Assembly: GCA_963788655.1 (NCBI GenBank)
Contig: CAWBHS010000098.1
Location: 1-36,140 of the forward strand
Direction: 5' to 3'
Length of the DNA stretch: 36,140 bases
Origin: an uncultured Verrucomicrobiae bacterium
GTDB taxonomy: Bacteria > Verrucomicrobiota > Verrucomicrobiia > Limisphaerales > JAFGQR01
The translations under genes and the position numbers were made by a program. The notes beneath the pieces are model-generated. The model was given only the letters and a program-made list of their open reading frames with translations, was not told the DNA's origin and made no database searches. Below are positions 1 to 10,788 of the stretch, piece after piece (positions within the stretch are counted from its first letter, which is position 1; every line of letters begins with the position of its first letter).

Positions 1-16
1 AAACTCCAGCCGGTCC

Positions 17-102
17 GCAGCAGCCGACGTGAGGAGGCTCATTTTTCCTCGGAAAACCGCGATGCGTCCGACGTGAATGAGCCTCCTTACGTCGGCTGCT
101 AC
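17..102. repeat. REP-like inverted-repeat doublet (family A)
   Basis: Arms GCAGCAGCCGACGTGAGGAGGCTCATT and AATGAGCCTCCTTACGTCGGCTGCTAC are near-perfect reverse complements. A related copy lies at 15390-15461. Confidence 0.8.
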
Positions 103-220
103 CATTTTTCAAACAGGCTCTAAGAGGTGGAATGCGCAAAGTGTGGTTTCTCCGATCATTTGCTTGCGGTTTCAGCCAGGGATTCTAACCATGGAAGGCC
201 AGAACTGTATGAACAACGAA

Positions 221-3012
221 ATGAAACTGCTTACCACATACCTCCAGTTGTCCGGTCCCAACCATCCACCGCTCGTTCAACCTGCCAAGGTCAACCGACG
301 CCTCACTTCGCGATTCGTCATCCGCGTGGGCGTAGCGGCGTTGCTTTGTCTCGGTCTGAACGCCGGGGCCGGAGAATTGCGCGTCCAGCAATTGCGTTGT
401 GAATACCTGGAAAACCCGGTCGGTATAGACGCCACCACGCCCCGGTTGAGTTGGATCGTCACGTCCGACCGCCGCGCTGAACAGCAGACCGCGTATCAGA
501 TCCTGGTCGCCAGCAGCGCGACCAAATTGAAGGCGAACGACGGGAACCTGTGGGACAGCGGCAAGGTGCCTTCCAATGAAACGGTGCAGATTCATTATGC
601 CGGCCAGCCACTTCAATCGAGCCAGCAATGTTTTTGGAAAGTCCGCGCGTGGGACAAGAACGGCGAGCCATCGTCGTGGAGCAAACCAGCGGTCTGGGAA
701 ATGGGCTTGCTCGCGGCGGGTGATTGGCAGGCCCAATGGATCGGGCGGACCACCGACACCAATTCACAACCGGCGCCATTGCTTCGCCGCAAATTCGAGC
801 TTCCCGAACAGGTGAAGCGGGCTACGGTGTATGTCTGCGGGCTTGGGTATTACGAATTGCACCTTAACGGCAAGCAGGTGGGCCATCGCCTTCTGGATCC
901 CGGTTACACCCGTTACGACAAGCGCGTGCTGTATGCCACCTACGATGTCACTGCCCAACTCAAACGCGGCCCGAATGCCCTGGGCGTCATTCTGGGCAAC
1001 GGCTGGTACAACGTGCATACCAAGGCGGTGTGGAATTTCCACGAGGCGCCGTGGCGGGCCGCGCCCAAACTGCTGCTGCAACTGCGCCTCGAATACTCCG
1101 ATGGCCGCGTGGAAAACATCGTGAGCGATAACACGTGGAAAACGTCCACGGGCCCCATCGTGTATGACAGCATTTATGGCGGCGAAACATACGATGCGCG
1201 TTTGGAAAAGCCCGGCTGGGACACGCCTGGCTTTAACGACACGGACTGGCAACCGGCTCTGATCGTGGAAGCGCCGAAGGGCAAACTGGTGGCGCAAATG
1301 ATGCCGCCGATCCGGGTGGAAGAACGCTCAAGCCGGTGAAACTCACCGAGCCGAAGCCGGGCGTGTTTGTGTTCGATCTCGGCCAAAACATGGCTGGCCG
1401 AGCGGGACTCACAGTCAAGGGCCCGGCCGGCACCAAGGTCGTCATGCAATATGGCGAGCGGTTGGACCAGGATGGTCGGCTCGACACTCGCGACATCGCC
1501 CAGCACGTCATGAAGAAATGGCCGGACCAGCAGTTCCAAACGGACACTTACATTCTGAAAGGCCAAGGCCAGGAAGTGTGGCAATCGCGGTTCACTTACC
1601 ATGGTTTTCAATACGTCCAGATGACTGGCTTTCCCGGACGCCCGACGCTCAACACGGTGCGCGGCCTTTTCAATCATTCGGATGTCCCGGTCGCCGGTCA
1701 TTTCACGTGCTCCAATCCATTGTTCGACAAGATTCAGCACGCCGCGCACTGGTCCTATCTTGAGCAACCTGCAAGGCATTCCCACCGATTGCCCGCATCG
1801 CGAAAAGAACGGCTGGACTGGCGACGCTCACCTGGCGGCCGAGCAAGGCATGTTCAATTACTTCCCGCCGGCGGTTTATACGAAATGGATCAATGACCTC
1901 GGCGACGAGCAACGGCCCACCGGCGAACTGCCCGGCATTGTGCCGACCAGCGGCTGGGGCTATTCGTGGGGCAACGGACCGGCGTGGGACAGCGCGTTCC
2001 TGTTGATTCCGGCATACATGGATGAGTATTACGGCGATGCCGACATCCTGCGGCGCCATTACGCGGGCTTCCGCCGGTACGTGGATTATCTCACCAGCAA
2101 AGCCAAGGACGGCATCGTGAGCATCGGCCTGAACGACTGGGCGCCGTTCAACACGCAGACCGGCGCGGCAATCACGTCCACGGCGTATTACTATCGCGAC
2201 GCGTTGATTACCTCGCGCGCGGCCAAGTTGATCGGCGATGAAACCGGGGCGCGCAAATACGCCGAACTCGCCGATCGCATCAAGCAGGCGTTCAACCAGA
2301 CGTTCTACCATCCGGACACGGGCCTGTATGACAACGGCAGCCAGACCGCCCTCAGTTGCGCGCTTTACCAGGGGCTGGTGGATCCGGCGAATCAACCGCG
2401 CGTCCTCAGCAACCTCGTGGCGGCGGTCGAGCAACGAAACTGGCACATTGACACCGGCATTCTCGGCGCCAAATACCTGCTGAACGCCCTGCTGGAAAAC
2501 GGGCGGGCCGACGTGGCCTATCGCATCGCCGCGCAGAAGGATCTGCCCAGCTGGGGGTGGTGGATCGAACAAGGCGCGACCACGTTGTGGGAGCAATGGA
2601 AGGGCACCGAATCGCGCAATCACATCATGTTCGGCGACATCAGCGCCTGGTTTTACAAAGCCATTGCCGGCATCAATCCCGATCCCCAAGCGCCGGGCTT
2701 CAAACACATTCCTGATCCAGCCGCATGTATTCGGGCGACCTCACGTGGGCCAAGGCCAGTTATGAATCGATCCGCGGAAGAATTGCCAGCGAATGGAAAC
2801 TGACGGACGGCGAGTTTCGTCTGCAGCTGATCATTCCAGCCAATACCACGGCTACGGTGCGTTTGCCCATTGCCGACCAGGCGAAACTGGAAGAATCCGG
2901 AAAGCCCGTCAGTCAGTCGGCGGGCGTGCGTGTGGTGAGCCACGATAGCAGCGGCACCGTAATGGAAGTCGGCTCGGGTAGTTATACGTTCACTGGACCA
3001 TTAGTGAAGTAG
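221..3012 (+). CDS. GH78 alpha-L-rhamnosidase-like secreted glycoside hydrolase, split by about 3 frameshifts
   Basis: Consecutive ORFs 77..1339, 1336..1896, 1682..2803 and 2725..3012 carry GH78 motifs in order: LRCEYLENPVGID..PRLSW, GLGYYEL, YGGETYDAR, FDLGQNMAG, FTYHGFQYV, IPTDCPHREKNGWTGDA, GATTLWEQW..SRNHIMFG, GSGSYTF. The start is uncertain (ATG at 191, 209 or 221). Confidence 0.9.
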
Positions 3013-3038
3013 GACAGCGCGTCCCGCCTGTCTCGAAC
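3009..3038. repeat. GTAG-type REP (family B) overlapping the GH78 stop codon
   Basis: GTAGGACAGCGCGTCCCGCCTGTCTCGAA. Related copies at 23182-23322 and 27297-27324. Confidence 0.75.
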
Positions 3039-3100
3039 TTCCAGAAGACGCTCGTTTCCGCAAGGTGGCGCCTTGGCTAATCGGTGCCTCGCACTGGCGC

Positions 3101-3237
3101 GCCAGCGTTGGGAGTGCGCCCGGCTTGCCGGCGCTTTCGCACGGAGCGGCACAGTCGAAACTTGCGGTCGCTGCGTTGCGCGTCCGGTGGCCAACGAAAG
3201 CGGGAGCAAGCTCCCCGCACTCCATACGCTTCGCGAG
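3101..3237. repeat. Palindromic REP-like doublet (family C)
   Basis: Inverted arms GGAGTGCGCCCGGCTTGCCGGCGCTTTCG and CGAAAGCGGGAGCAAGCTCCCCGCACTCC, located between convergent genes. Confidence 0.65.
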
Positions 3238-3368
3238 GTTCGGCGCCCCATTCCAAAACCAGCGCGCATGCAACACCTGTCGTCGTTGTCAGTGCCACTT
3301 CCCCACAAACTCCACTACGACCGCCTCGCGCGCACGCAAGCGCAGGTGGACTGGCCGCGGCTCATCGT

Positions 3369-5548
3369 TCAGCAGTTTCCTGGAGCGCTCCCGCAGCACG
3401 TAAATTGCCGTCGGCGCAAACCCGATTGTACGTCAGCTCCAGGCAGTTTCACATCGCACGCTTGATCGGTGACGTTCGCGACGGCCAAACCCACGTCCCC
3501 GCCCGGCGCACGCCAAGCCGCGGCGATTGCCTTGGGGACACGTTTCTTGAACGTCTTCAATTCGTCTTGTTGCCCCGCATAAATCGACAACCGCGACACA
3601 TCAATGGTCTGCTCGCCAGCTTCAAGCGTGGGAAAACCGATGAGAACGCCATCCGCGAGGAACCTCAGCGCCCGGGACCGCACGCGCGCGAGTTGCATCA
3701 CGAACTCGATTTCCCTGCGCCGTTCCCGCAGGTGCGATGCACGGAAATTGGCCAAGGTTGGTTGTTGCCCCCAGACAAAGCCCCGGCCTTGTTCGAGGTA
3801 AAACTGGCGGGAGAATTTCCGGTCCAGCAGTGCCAACGGCTTCTTGGGCGCAAACTCTGCCGGCCACAACTCGTCATACGGCGGCATCGTCAACGACGCA
3901 TAGTTGCCATACTGAATCGCGTAGGGATGGTAAACCGCCTGGAAGAAGGGAATCGGCTCCCAGCCGTCGGGGGCGGCGTAGCGTTCGCGGCTCACCTGCA
4001 GGCTGAGCATCAAGTCAAGATATGGCAGCCATGATTCGCCGACGCCTTCGCCCGCGAGCGCGAGCGGGTTGCGGTGCGACGCCTGCAAAGGCTCGAAGCA
4101 ACGCTCACGAATGTCAGTTGAAAGCAGACGAAAACCGTTCATCCAATATTTCCCACCGCCGACCGGATGCCCGTGCCGCGGATCGTAACACGCCAGGCTG
4201 CTGCACGCCTGGTCCATGTAAATTCCATCGACGCCCAATGTGATGATCGCCTCCTCGGCGATGTCGGCGTAGGTACTGCGCCAGAATGGGGTGGCAATGC
4301 ACATTGAGGCGCAGGGCGATTGGGTGAACGTGTTGTAAATCTCGGGATGCACCGCGCCGTTGGTTCCTTTCACCGCAAAGGTCCTCCGCGCCTCGGTTCG
4401 TCCAGCATTGCCGTCGTCATGCCCCAGAGTCGCTGGTTCATATAGACGATGGCGGGAATGCCCTGGGCGTGGGCCTGCCGCAGGGCGTTGGTGAACGAGC
4501 GTTCGCCTTCCCGTGGGGGCAAGTAATCAGGAAAACCGACGTTGTAGGCACAGCCGTGCCACCAATGCCAGAACACCGAAACCGGTAGCCCGAGTTGCTG
4601 CTGAAGGACGCCAGCCGGTTGCAGCACTTGCTCCGAGCGACCGCGGTTCCACACCCAGAGCGCCGTGTCGCGCACCCAACCGGGCACCGCACCGGTTCGC
4701 GCCCGGCTTTGGATGGCCCACCACTGATTCGTTGCCCAACGACGATATTGTTTCGCCGCCGTCAACCAATCACCGCGGAAGGTTCCCAACACAACTTGGT
4801 ACGGCAGGGTGTAGTCCGCCGAACCGTCGTTTTCGGGCAAGTGAATCAAACCCGCCTGAAGGCGCTGATCGTCGTCCAGCCACACCGTGAAGCTCTTGCG
4901 GAACGCATTGGTGTCATCGCAGGACAGAAACAATCCCGCCTCTTCGCCGTACAACGCGAGGCATTGCAGCGAGGATCCGCCGGGGTAGTCCCATTCGTAA
5001 CGCGGCACTTGGTTCGTCAGGACGTTCTGCCGCGGATTAGCCGCCAGTTGCCCCAGCCACACGGGAACGGCCAGGTGTTCGTCTGGCTGCTCGGGAATGT
5101 TGGGCACAATGGGAAACCGCACCTGGCGCAGGCGCAACGGGCCGAGATCCGTCACCGAAATTATCCACCGGCTGACCGGTTCGCGCGCGTCCAGTGCGAC
5201 CGTCGCTTCCACCTGCAAGCGCGGTTCTTCGAAGTCCGACCAGCGCAGCTTTAACACGTTTGCGCCCATCGTCTGGACTTCGAAATGTTGAGCTTGCGTG
5301 GCGCTTAGGCTGAACGCCTCGCCGTCCGCCCGCAGCAACACCGCGTCCCAAAGCGGCGCTGGACCGCAGACGCCAACGAAGTCGTGCTGGCTGGCAATTT
5401 CCGTCAACTCCACGAGCTGCCCATTTTGGGGATCCAGGCCGAGCCGCAGATGCTCATTCGATAGCGACATAGAGTCGTCACTGGCCGCTGCCGCGATTGC
5501 GAACATGAATCCGAGGCCCCACCGCACGATTGCACTTTGCCACATCAT
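3369..5548 (-). CDS. Secreted DUF6259-like putative glycoside hydrolase, frameshifted near 4400
   Basis: ORFs 4370..5593 and 3369..4373 join into one protein: signal-like N-terminus MMWQSAIVRWGLGFMFAIAAAA, WHWWHGC..GFPDYLPPREG, GVDGIYMDQ, CYDPRHGHPVGGG, IPFFQAVYH. Confidence 0.7.
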
Positions 5549-5683
5549 AGGAACTGCACGCGCCATTCGACGGCACGCCAGCGGTTTTCGCAACCCAATC
5601 TTGCCGGAGCCTCCAGTAATGATGCCGTCTGGCGCCCTTATTCAAGTTCTTGATCTGGCAGTATCATTGCTACGTAAAGAGGC

Positions 5684-7517
5684 GTGAAATACGGTTGTCT
5701 TTGCTTCGTTGCGTGGGCGATTTGTCAGGGCAACTTCGCCCAAGGCAGCGAGATGCTGCTGCGTCTGACGGCGTCGCCAACCGCCCTGGCGATCGATGGC
5801 GCTGGGTGGTTTATCGTCCGTGTGCCTGAAACCGGGGAATACTTGGCAACCCGCAAGGGCGCCTTCCATGTTGATGCCAACAATTTTCTTGTCAACGCAA
5901 CTGGCTGTTACGTCCAGGGATTTAGGGATCCAGATCTTAATGAGATGGGCTCTCTTAGCTTTGACTGGTCGATGCGGCCGGTTGGGATCAATCTGAACGC
6001 TGCGGTGACGAACATTGCCATCGAATCCAACGGTAGCATTCGCATGTTCCTAGACGACGGGACCAACTATGTGCGGGGGCAAATCTTGCTGCAACAGTTC
6101 CTGCACCCGCAACGACTGATCCGCACAGCGCCGGCCCTGTATGCGGGGCTTGACGCCGCCGGCCCCAGACCGTCGTTGGCCGCGCCGGGCACCCAGGGCT
6201 TGGGTTGGCTTCGGTCCCACTATGTGGAATTGGAGCCGCTCCGACTGAACGTCCCCCGCGTCAATCAACCCGGAATGCCGGCCCAAGGCGCACTGACAGC
6301 GGGCGTGGTGACCGACTTTGCCATCGTCGGCAACGGTTTCTTTCAAGTGCGCGATCCGCAAGGAGGCGGGCGCTTTGCCACCCGCGCAGGAATGTTTCTG
6401 CTTGATGGCGACGGTTACTTGATCACTTACCGCGGTATGCGCGTGCAGGGCTACCGCGATTCGGCCTTGACCGAGTTGGGCGATGTGCAGATCGATGCCC
6501 AGCAACGTCCGGTGAGCCTCGATCATACGGCAACAATGATGGCGTACGCCGTTGGCTACGATGGAAGGGTGCGCGTTCGCTTGAGCGATGGTAGCGAGTA
6601 TGCGCGTGGCCAGATTCTGTTGTGGTCGTTCGAGAATCCCACCAGCTTGGTGAAAACCAACGACGCGCTGTACGTCGGAGTCGCGGCCGCCCGGTCGCGG
6701 CCGCTGGCGTCCGCCCGCCAGCAGGGCTTGGGGACCATTCGGCAGGGCGTTCTGGAATTGCTAAGTGTCACCGAGAATTTGCTGGCCGAGCGACGAGACT
6801 TCAGCTTGTTTCAGCAAGGGACATTGCTTCGCACGGACGTGCTTTCCGATCTGGCAATTTCGGGAACCGGCTTCTTTGCGGTCCGCAATCCGGCGGAAAG
6901 CACAATGTTCGTCACGCGCAATGCCCCTTTTCATTTCGACGACCACGGGTACTTGGTCACGGCTGAAGGTTATCGGGTGCAAGGTTTCGCCGACGGGACG
7001 CTGACCAATCGGGGCGACGTCCATCTCGATCCAAGCTGGCGTCCAACGAGTGTCGCTCCAGAGGCTACCGTGGTGAGCTGTGCGTTCGACGATTACGGCC
7101 GCTTGCGGGTGCAGGTACTCGGACGGCTCGGCAGCGTTTCATGGCCAGGTGCTGTTGCAGCTCCTCCGCGCGTCTTATGCCTTGGTCCCAGCAGGTGACG
7201 GTTTATTCACGAATCTCCCGGCGGCCAGGCCGCTGCCCGAACTGGTTGCCGCCGGCACTCAGGGGGCGGGCCGAATTGAGAGCGGCGCTCGGGAAATTAG
7301 CGTGGAGGCTAAAGAACTGATGCTACCCTCCCCCGAAGGATTTCGTTTGTGGATCACCGGCGAGCCGGACACCACGTGCCGGGTGCTGGCCACGACCGAC
7401 TTCTCCGAATGGCAAGAAGTGAGGCAGTTCAACTTGGGGCAACTGGGCGAAGCGGATTTCAGTGATACGAGCATTGAGTCAACGCCCCGACGGTTCTTTC
7501 AGGTTGTCGGCGATTAA
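5684..7517 (+). CDS. Secreted protein with three tandem FlgE/FlgG-like hook/rod core domains and a verrucomicrobial-type C-terminal domain, frameshifted near 7113
   Basis: Three repeats of xLAIxGxGFFxV..TRxGxFxxDxxGYLxTxxGxxVQG..GQILL..GxGxI.SG..E beginning at about 5783, 6314 and 6848. Hydrophobic N-terminal leader. Repeat 3 continues in ORF 7080..7517 (YSDGSAAFHGQVLL), which ends ATTDFSEW...DFSD..PRRFFQVV. Confidence 0.8.
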
Positions 7518-7808
7518 TCTGCGCGACGTGCCAGTGGCCGGCGCATGGTTGGGAGACACGGCCCAAGCAAGCGAACAAAGATCGTGCTCAGTCGATTTGA
7601 ACACGCCGCGGTAGTGGTAATCCAAACGCAGCTACGACTCACCAAACCCATTCCGCAACGACCGCTCAAGAACCATCCGTCGCCCTTGCTGGTGCGAGCG
7701 GGTATCGGTAGATCTCTGGGTTATCGCCCGCGGCTGCGCTCAAGCATACCTCTTGCTCATTCGGGACAGCCAGGGCGTTGTGCTTCAGGGCGAGATGCTG
7801 TTTGGCAC

Positions 7809-9194
7809 TCAGCGCTTCGCAGCTTTCATTTCTTCCACCGCCGGCGCTGGCGGCTTGGATAACCGCGCCAGAAAATCACCCAACGCTGCAATCTCGTTCG
7901 TCTGGCCGACCAGGGGCGGCATGAAGGCGCGATAGGGCGAATTCGTGTCATGCTGGTGCAGCATGTTCAGCAGACTGCCAATCGCCTCCCGGTCACGGCC
8001 GGCCAGCAAAGTCTTCATCGAGCGATAGCCGTATTTTGTGTGGCAGGCCATGCACTGGCCCCGGAACATCGCTTCGCCCTGCGCCAGGTGCGGATCCCCA
8101 TTGCGGCTGGTCCAGATCGAAGGTGTGAGGTAGCCGGCCTCATTCAAGTGCGCCACGTCGTAGGCGCGGACACCGTTCGAATACATGTGCCGCCCGATCA
8201 CGTACGGTTTGCGCAGCATCTCGCGCGCGTATTCCCCGGAGCCAGTGGCCATCAACCCCAGCAGTAATACCGCCGTCGCATGGGCCGGGCTGAAATCCTC
8301 CGGCGAACGCCATGCAAAGAAATAAACCACCCCCACGATGGTGGCCGAGGTCATGACAATGATCAGCGCCACGCGGGTCACCTGCGTGAACGCGCCGGTG
8401 CCGATGGTGGTAATGCCAAATTGCAGCAGCGCGCGTTGGGCGGCCGGAACCTGCCACAAGTACCAGCCCAGCAAAAACGGCATCACCACGAACGACGGCA
8501 CCAGCCATTTCGCGCTCCAGCGCACCAATTCTTTTTTCAGCTCAGGCTGCAAGTAGCCGTCAATCCGGCTGCAAGTTACCAAGGCCCAGATTCCGGCCAG
8601 CGCGATGCAGATCACCGTTCGCAGTGCCAGACTGGGCCAGTAAGTGGGATTGAAAAAGGCCTCCCAAAACCGGCTGGCTTCCTGGCCCGTACCGGCCACA
8701 GCCATCCAGGCATCACCGGGCGTCAGCATGAAGGTCAAGATGCCGTTGATGATCACCAGCGTGCAGAACGACGCGGCAGCATACACCCAACCCACCTTTA
8801 AGTGCAGGTCGTCGGAAATGCGCCCCCACGTGTAGTAATACACCGCGGCCGTGCTCAGTTCGACCATGAAGAACACCCATTCGATGGCCCAGCCGAACAC
8901 GAAATTATGAATCAATGTGCTGGTGGCTTCGGGATTGGCCAAGCCGATGGCAAACCAGATTCCCACGCCCGAGGCCGCGCCAAAGACGCCCGTCAACACC
9001 AGGAAAAACTTCGAGTGCCGGCGCAGGATGTTCAGCCATTCCTGACGGTTTTCCCGAAGCGCCTTGCGTTCGGCCAGGGGCAGGTACAAGCCGCCCCCCA
9101 CGGCGAAGTGCGAAATCATGATGTGGAAGATCGCGATCAGGCCGATCACCCAGCCGCTGCCAATATGGGGAACGTTCCAAAAGGGGTAATTCAT
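7809..9194 (-). CDS. Cytochrome bd subunit I (CydA)-like membrane protein with a C-terminal monoheme cytochrome c domain
   Basis: About 9 TM segments. CydA-like motifs FHIMISHF, WAIEWVFFMVE and EYAREMLRKPY. C-terminal CMACH heme site with a downstream FMPP (candidate Met axial ligand). Confidence 0.8.
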   Translation of the reverse strand: MNYPFWNVPHIGSGWVIGLIAIFHIMISHFAVGGGLYLPLAERKALRENRQEWLNILRRHSKFFLVLTGVFGAASGVGIWFAIGLANPEATSTLIHNFVFGWAIEWVFFMVELSTAAVYYYTWGRISDDLHLKVGWVYAAASFCTLVIINGILTFMLTPGDAWMAVAGTGQEASRFWEAFFNPTYWPSLALRTVICIALAGIWALVTCSRIDGYLQPELKKELVRWSAKWLVPSFVVMPFLLGWYLWQVPAAQRALLQFGITTIGTGAFTQVTRVALIIVMTSATIVGVVYFFAWRSPEDFSPAHATAVLLLGLMATGSGEYAREMLRKPYVIGRHMYSNGVRAYDVAHLNEAGYLTPSIWTSRNGDPHLAQGEAMFRGQCMACHTKYGYRSMKTLLAGRDREAIGSLLNMLHQHDTNSPYRAFMPPLVGQTNEIAALGDFLARLSKPPAPAVEEMKAAKR

Positions 9195-9203
9195 ATCATT
9201 GCC

Positions 9204-10298
9204 TTACGCGTTTTTGAGGGCCGCGTATCCCCAAATCGTGGTGACGGTGAGCACCACCATAACCAACAGGCCGAAATACGTTGCGAGACGCGCCCGCCGT
9301 CCGCTGTGAGTCGCGCCATCATATAATGGAATCAGGAACCATAGGAGCAATCCCAGCGTAAACAGGGTCATGCCCAGGGCCTCCCCTGACGCGCCGGGAA
9401 ACCAATTGCCGAACAGCTTCAGTACCTGGAACGAACTCATAAAATACCATTCAGGATGAATCCCCGCCGGCGCCGGCTTGAGCGGGTCAGCCGCTTCGCC
9501 CAGGTCCCAGGGAAACACGGACGCCATCAACGCCAGCACGTTGAGCGCAATCAACCACATGGCCAGATCCTTCATGAAGAAATTGGGAAAGAACGGAATG
9601 CTCCGGCGTTCTGCGGTGGGTTTGGCTTCCTCACACGGCGGACGGGCGTTGCCATGCTTCTGCACCAACCACAAATGAAATCCCAGCAACGGCAGGAACA
9701 ATGCCGGCAACACGACCACATGCAGCGCAAAGAACCGTTGGATGGTGAACTCGTTGACCTCGGTCCCGCCCCGCACCAACGCGGCCAGTTGGTGGCCGAT
9801 CAATGGCAGCGACGCGGGAATTTCGAGGCCGACTTTCGTGGCGAAATAAGCCAGTTCATTCATCGGCAGCAAGTAACCGCTGAACCCGAAGAACATCGCC
9901 AACAGCAGCAACACCATGCCGCTCCACCAGCCAAACTCCCGTGGCTTGCGGTAGGCTTTCATGAAATATACCGAGAACATGTGAATGAAGATGGCGGCAA
10001 TCATCAAGTTGGCCGCCCACGAATGCGCCGACCGGAGCAACCAGCCAAAGTCGATGACAAACGTGATCTGCCGCACCGATTCGAAGGCGTCCGGTCCGGG
10101 ACGGTAATACACGAGTAACAGCACGCCCGTCAGCGCCTGCACCAGAAAGAAGAACAACGAAATGCCGCCCCAGTAGTACCAGTGCGACTGTGCGTGCAGT
10201 GGGACCGTTTTCTTGCGGGCGAACGCGACCAGGTCGGATACGCCCAATCGCTCGTCCACCCAGGAACAAACCGTGTTGATGGAAGCTTTCATGCGCAA
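9204..10298 (-). CDS. qcrB: Cytochrome b of a bc-type complex (b6 and subunit IV regions in one chain)
   Basis: YYWGG, GWLLRSAHSW (heme His), FIHMF, FSGYLLP, RFFALHV..FHLWLV and the Qo motif IHPEWYF. Confidence 0.92.
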   Translation of the reverse strand: MRMKASINTVCSWVDERLGVSDLVAFARKKTVPLHAQSHWYYWGGISLFFFLVQALTGVLLLVYYRPGPDAFESVRQITFVIDFGWLLRSAHSWAANLMIAAIFIHMFSVYFMKAYRKPREFGWWSGMVLLLLAMFFGFSGYLLPMNELAYFATKVGLEIPASLPLIGHQLAALVRGGTEVNEFTIQRFFALHVVVLPALFLPLLGFHLWLVQKHGNARPPCEEAKPTAERRSIPFFPNFFMKDLAMWLIALNVLALMASVFPWDLGEAADPLKPAPAGIHPEWYFMSSFQVLKLFGNWFPGASGEALGMTLFTLGLLLWFLIPLYDGATHSGRRARLATYFGLLVMVVLTVTTIWGYAALKNA

Positions 10299-10303
10299 TT
10301 TCC

Positions 10304-10788
10304 TCAGACTCGGGTCACCAACACGCCGGTTTCCGTGACCTTCACGTCATACCGCTTCAAAGGCCGGGGCGGCGGCCCACTCAGGTTCTTACCGGTGTTC
10401 GGGTCGTACACGCCCCCGTGGCAGGCGCAATGAATGCGGTGCTTTTCCGGCTCGTACTGCACGGTGCAACCCAAGTGGGTGCAGACAGCGGTCAACGCGG
10501 TCCAAGATCCGTCCGCGTGATGAATCAACATGCTCGGTTTGGAGCCGAATTTGAACATCAGCGCGCTGGCCACTGGGAGCTTCTCCGCGTCCTTCAGCGT
10601 GACCTCCGTCACCGCTGCAGCTTGCTCGGCCATTTCGACCGGCGACGCCAAATAGCGATAGACCGGATAACCGATCGCCGCCGCGTAGCAAATCCCACGC
10701 CGCCCAGCGCCACGCGCACAAACGTCCGCCGGCCCATCAATTCCTGCCACTCGGGCCGCGCGCTCATTTTGCAATTGGATTCGTCCAT
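10304..10788 (-). CDS. qcrA: Rieske 2Fe-2S subunit with a Tat signal, frameshifted near 10700
   Basis: CTHLGC and CACHGG..GPPPRPL motifs. The N-terminus MDESN..MGRRTFVRVALGG lies in the adjacent frame. Its ATG overlaps the upstream TGA (TGATG at 10786-10790). Confidence 0.9.

Noticed and set aside
5684..7517. Calling this gene flgE or flgG
   Set aside because: It has no D0 helices, a triplicated core, a signal-like leader and no flagellar context, so no gene symbol was assigned.
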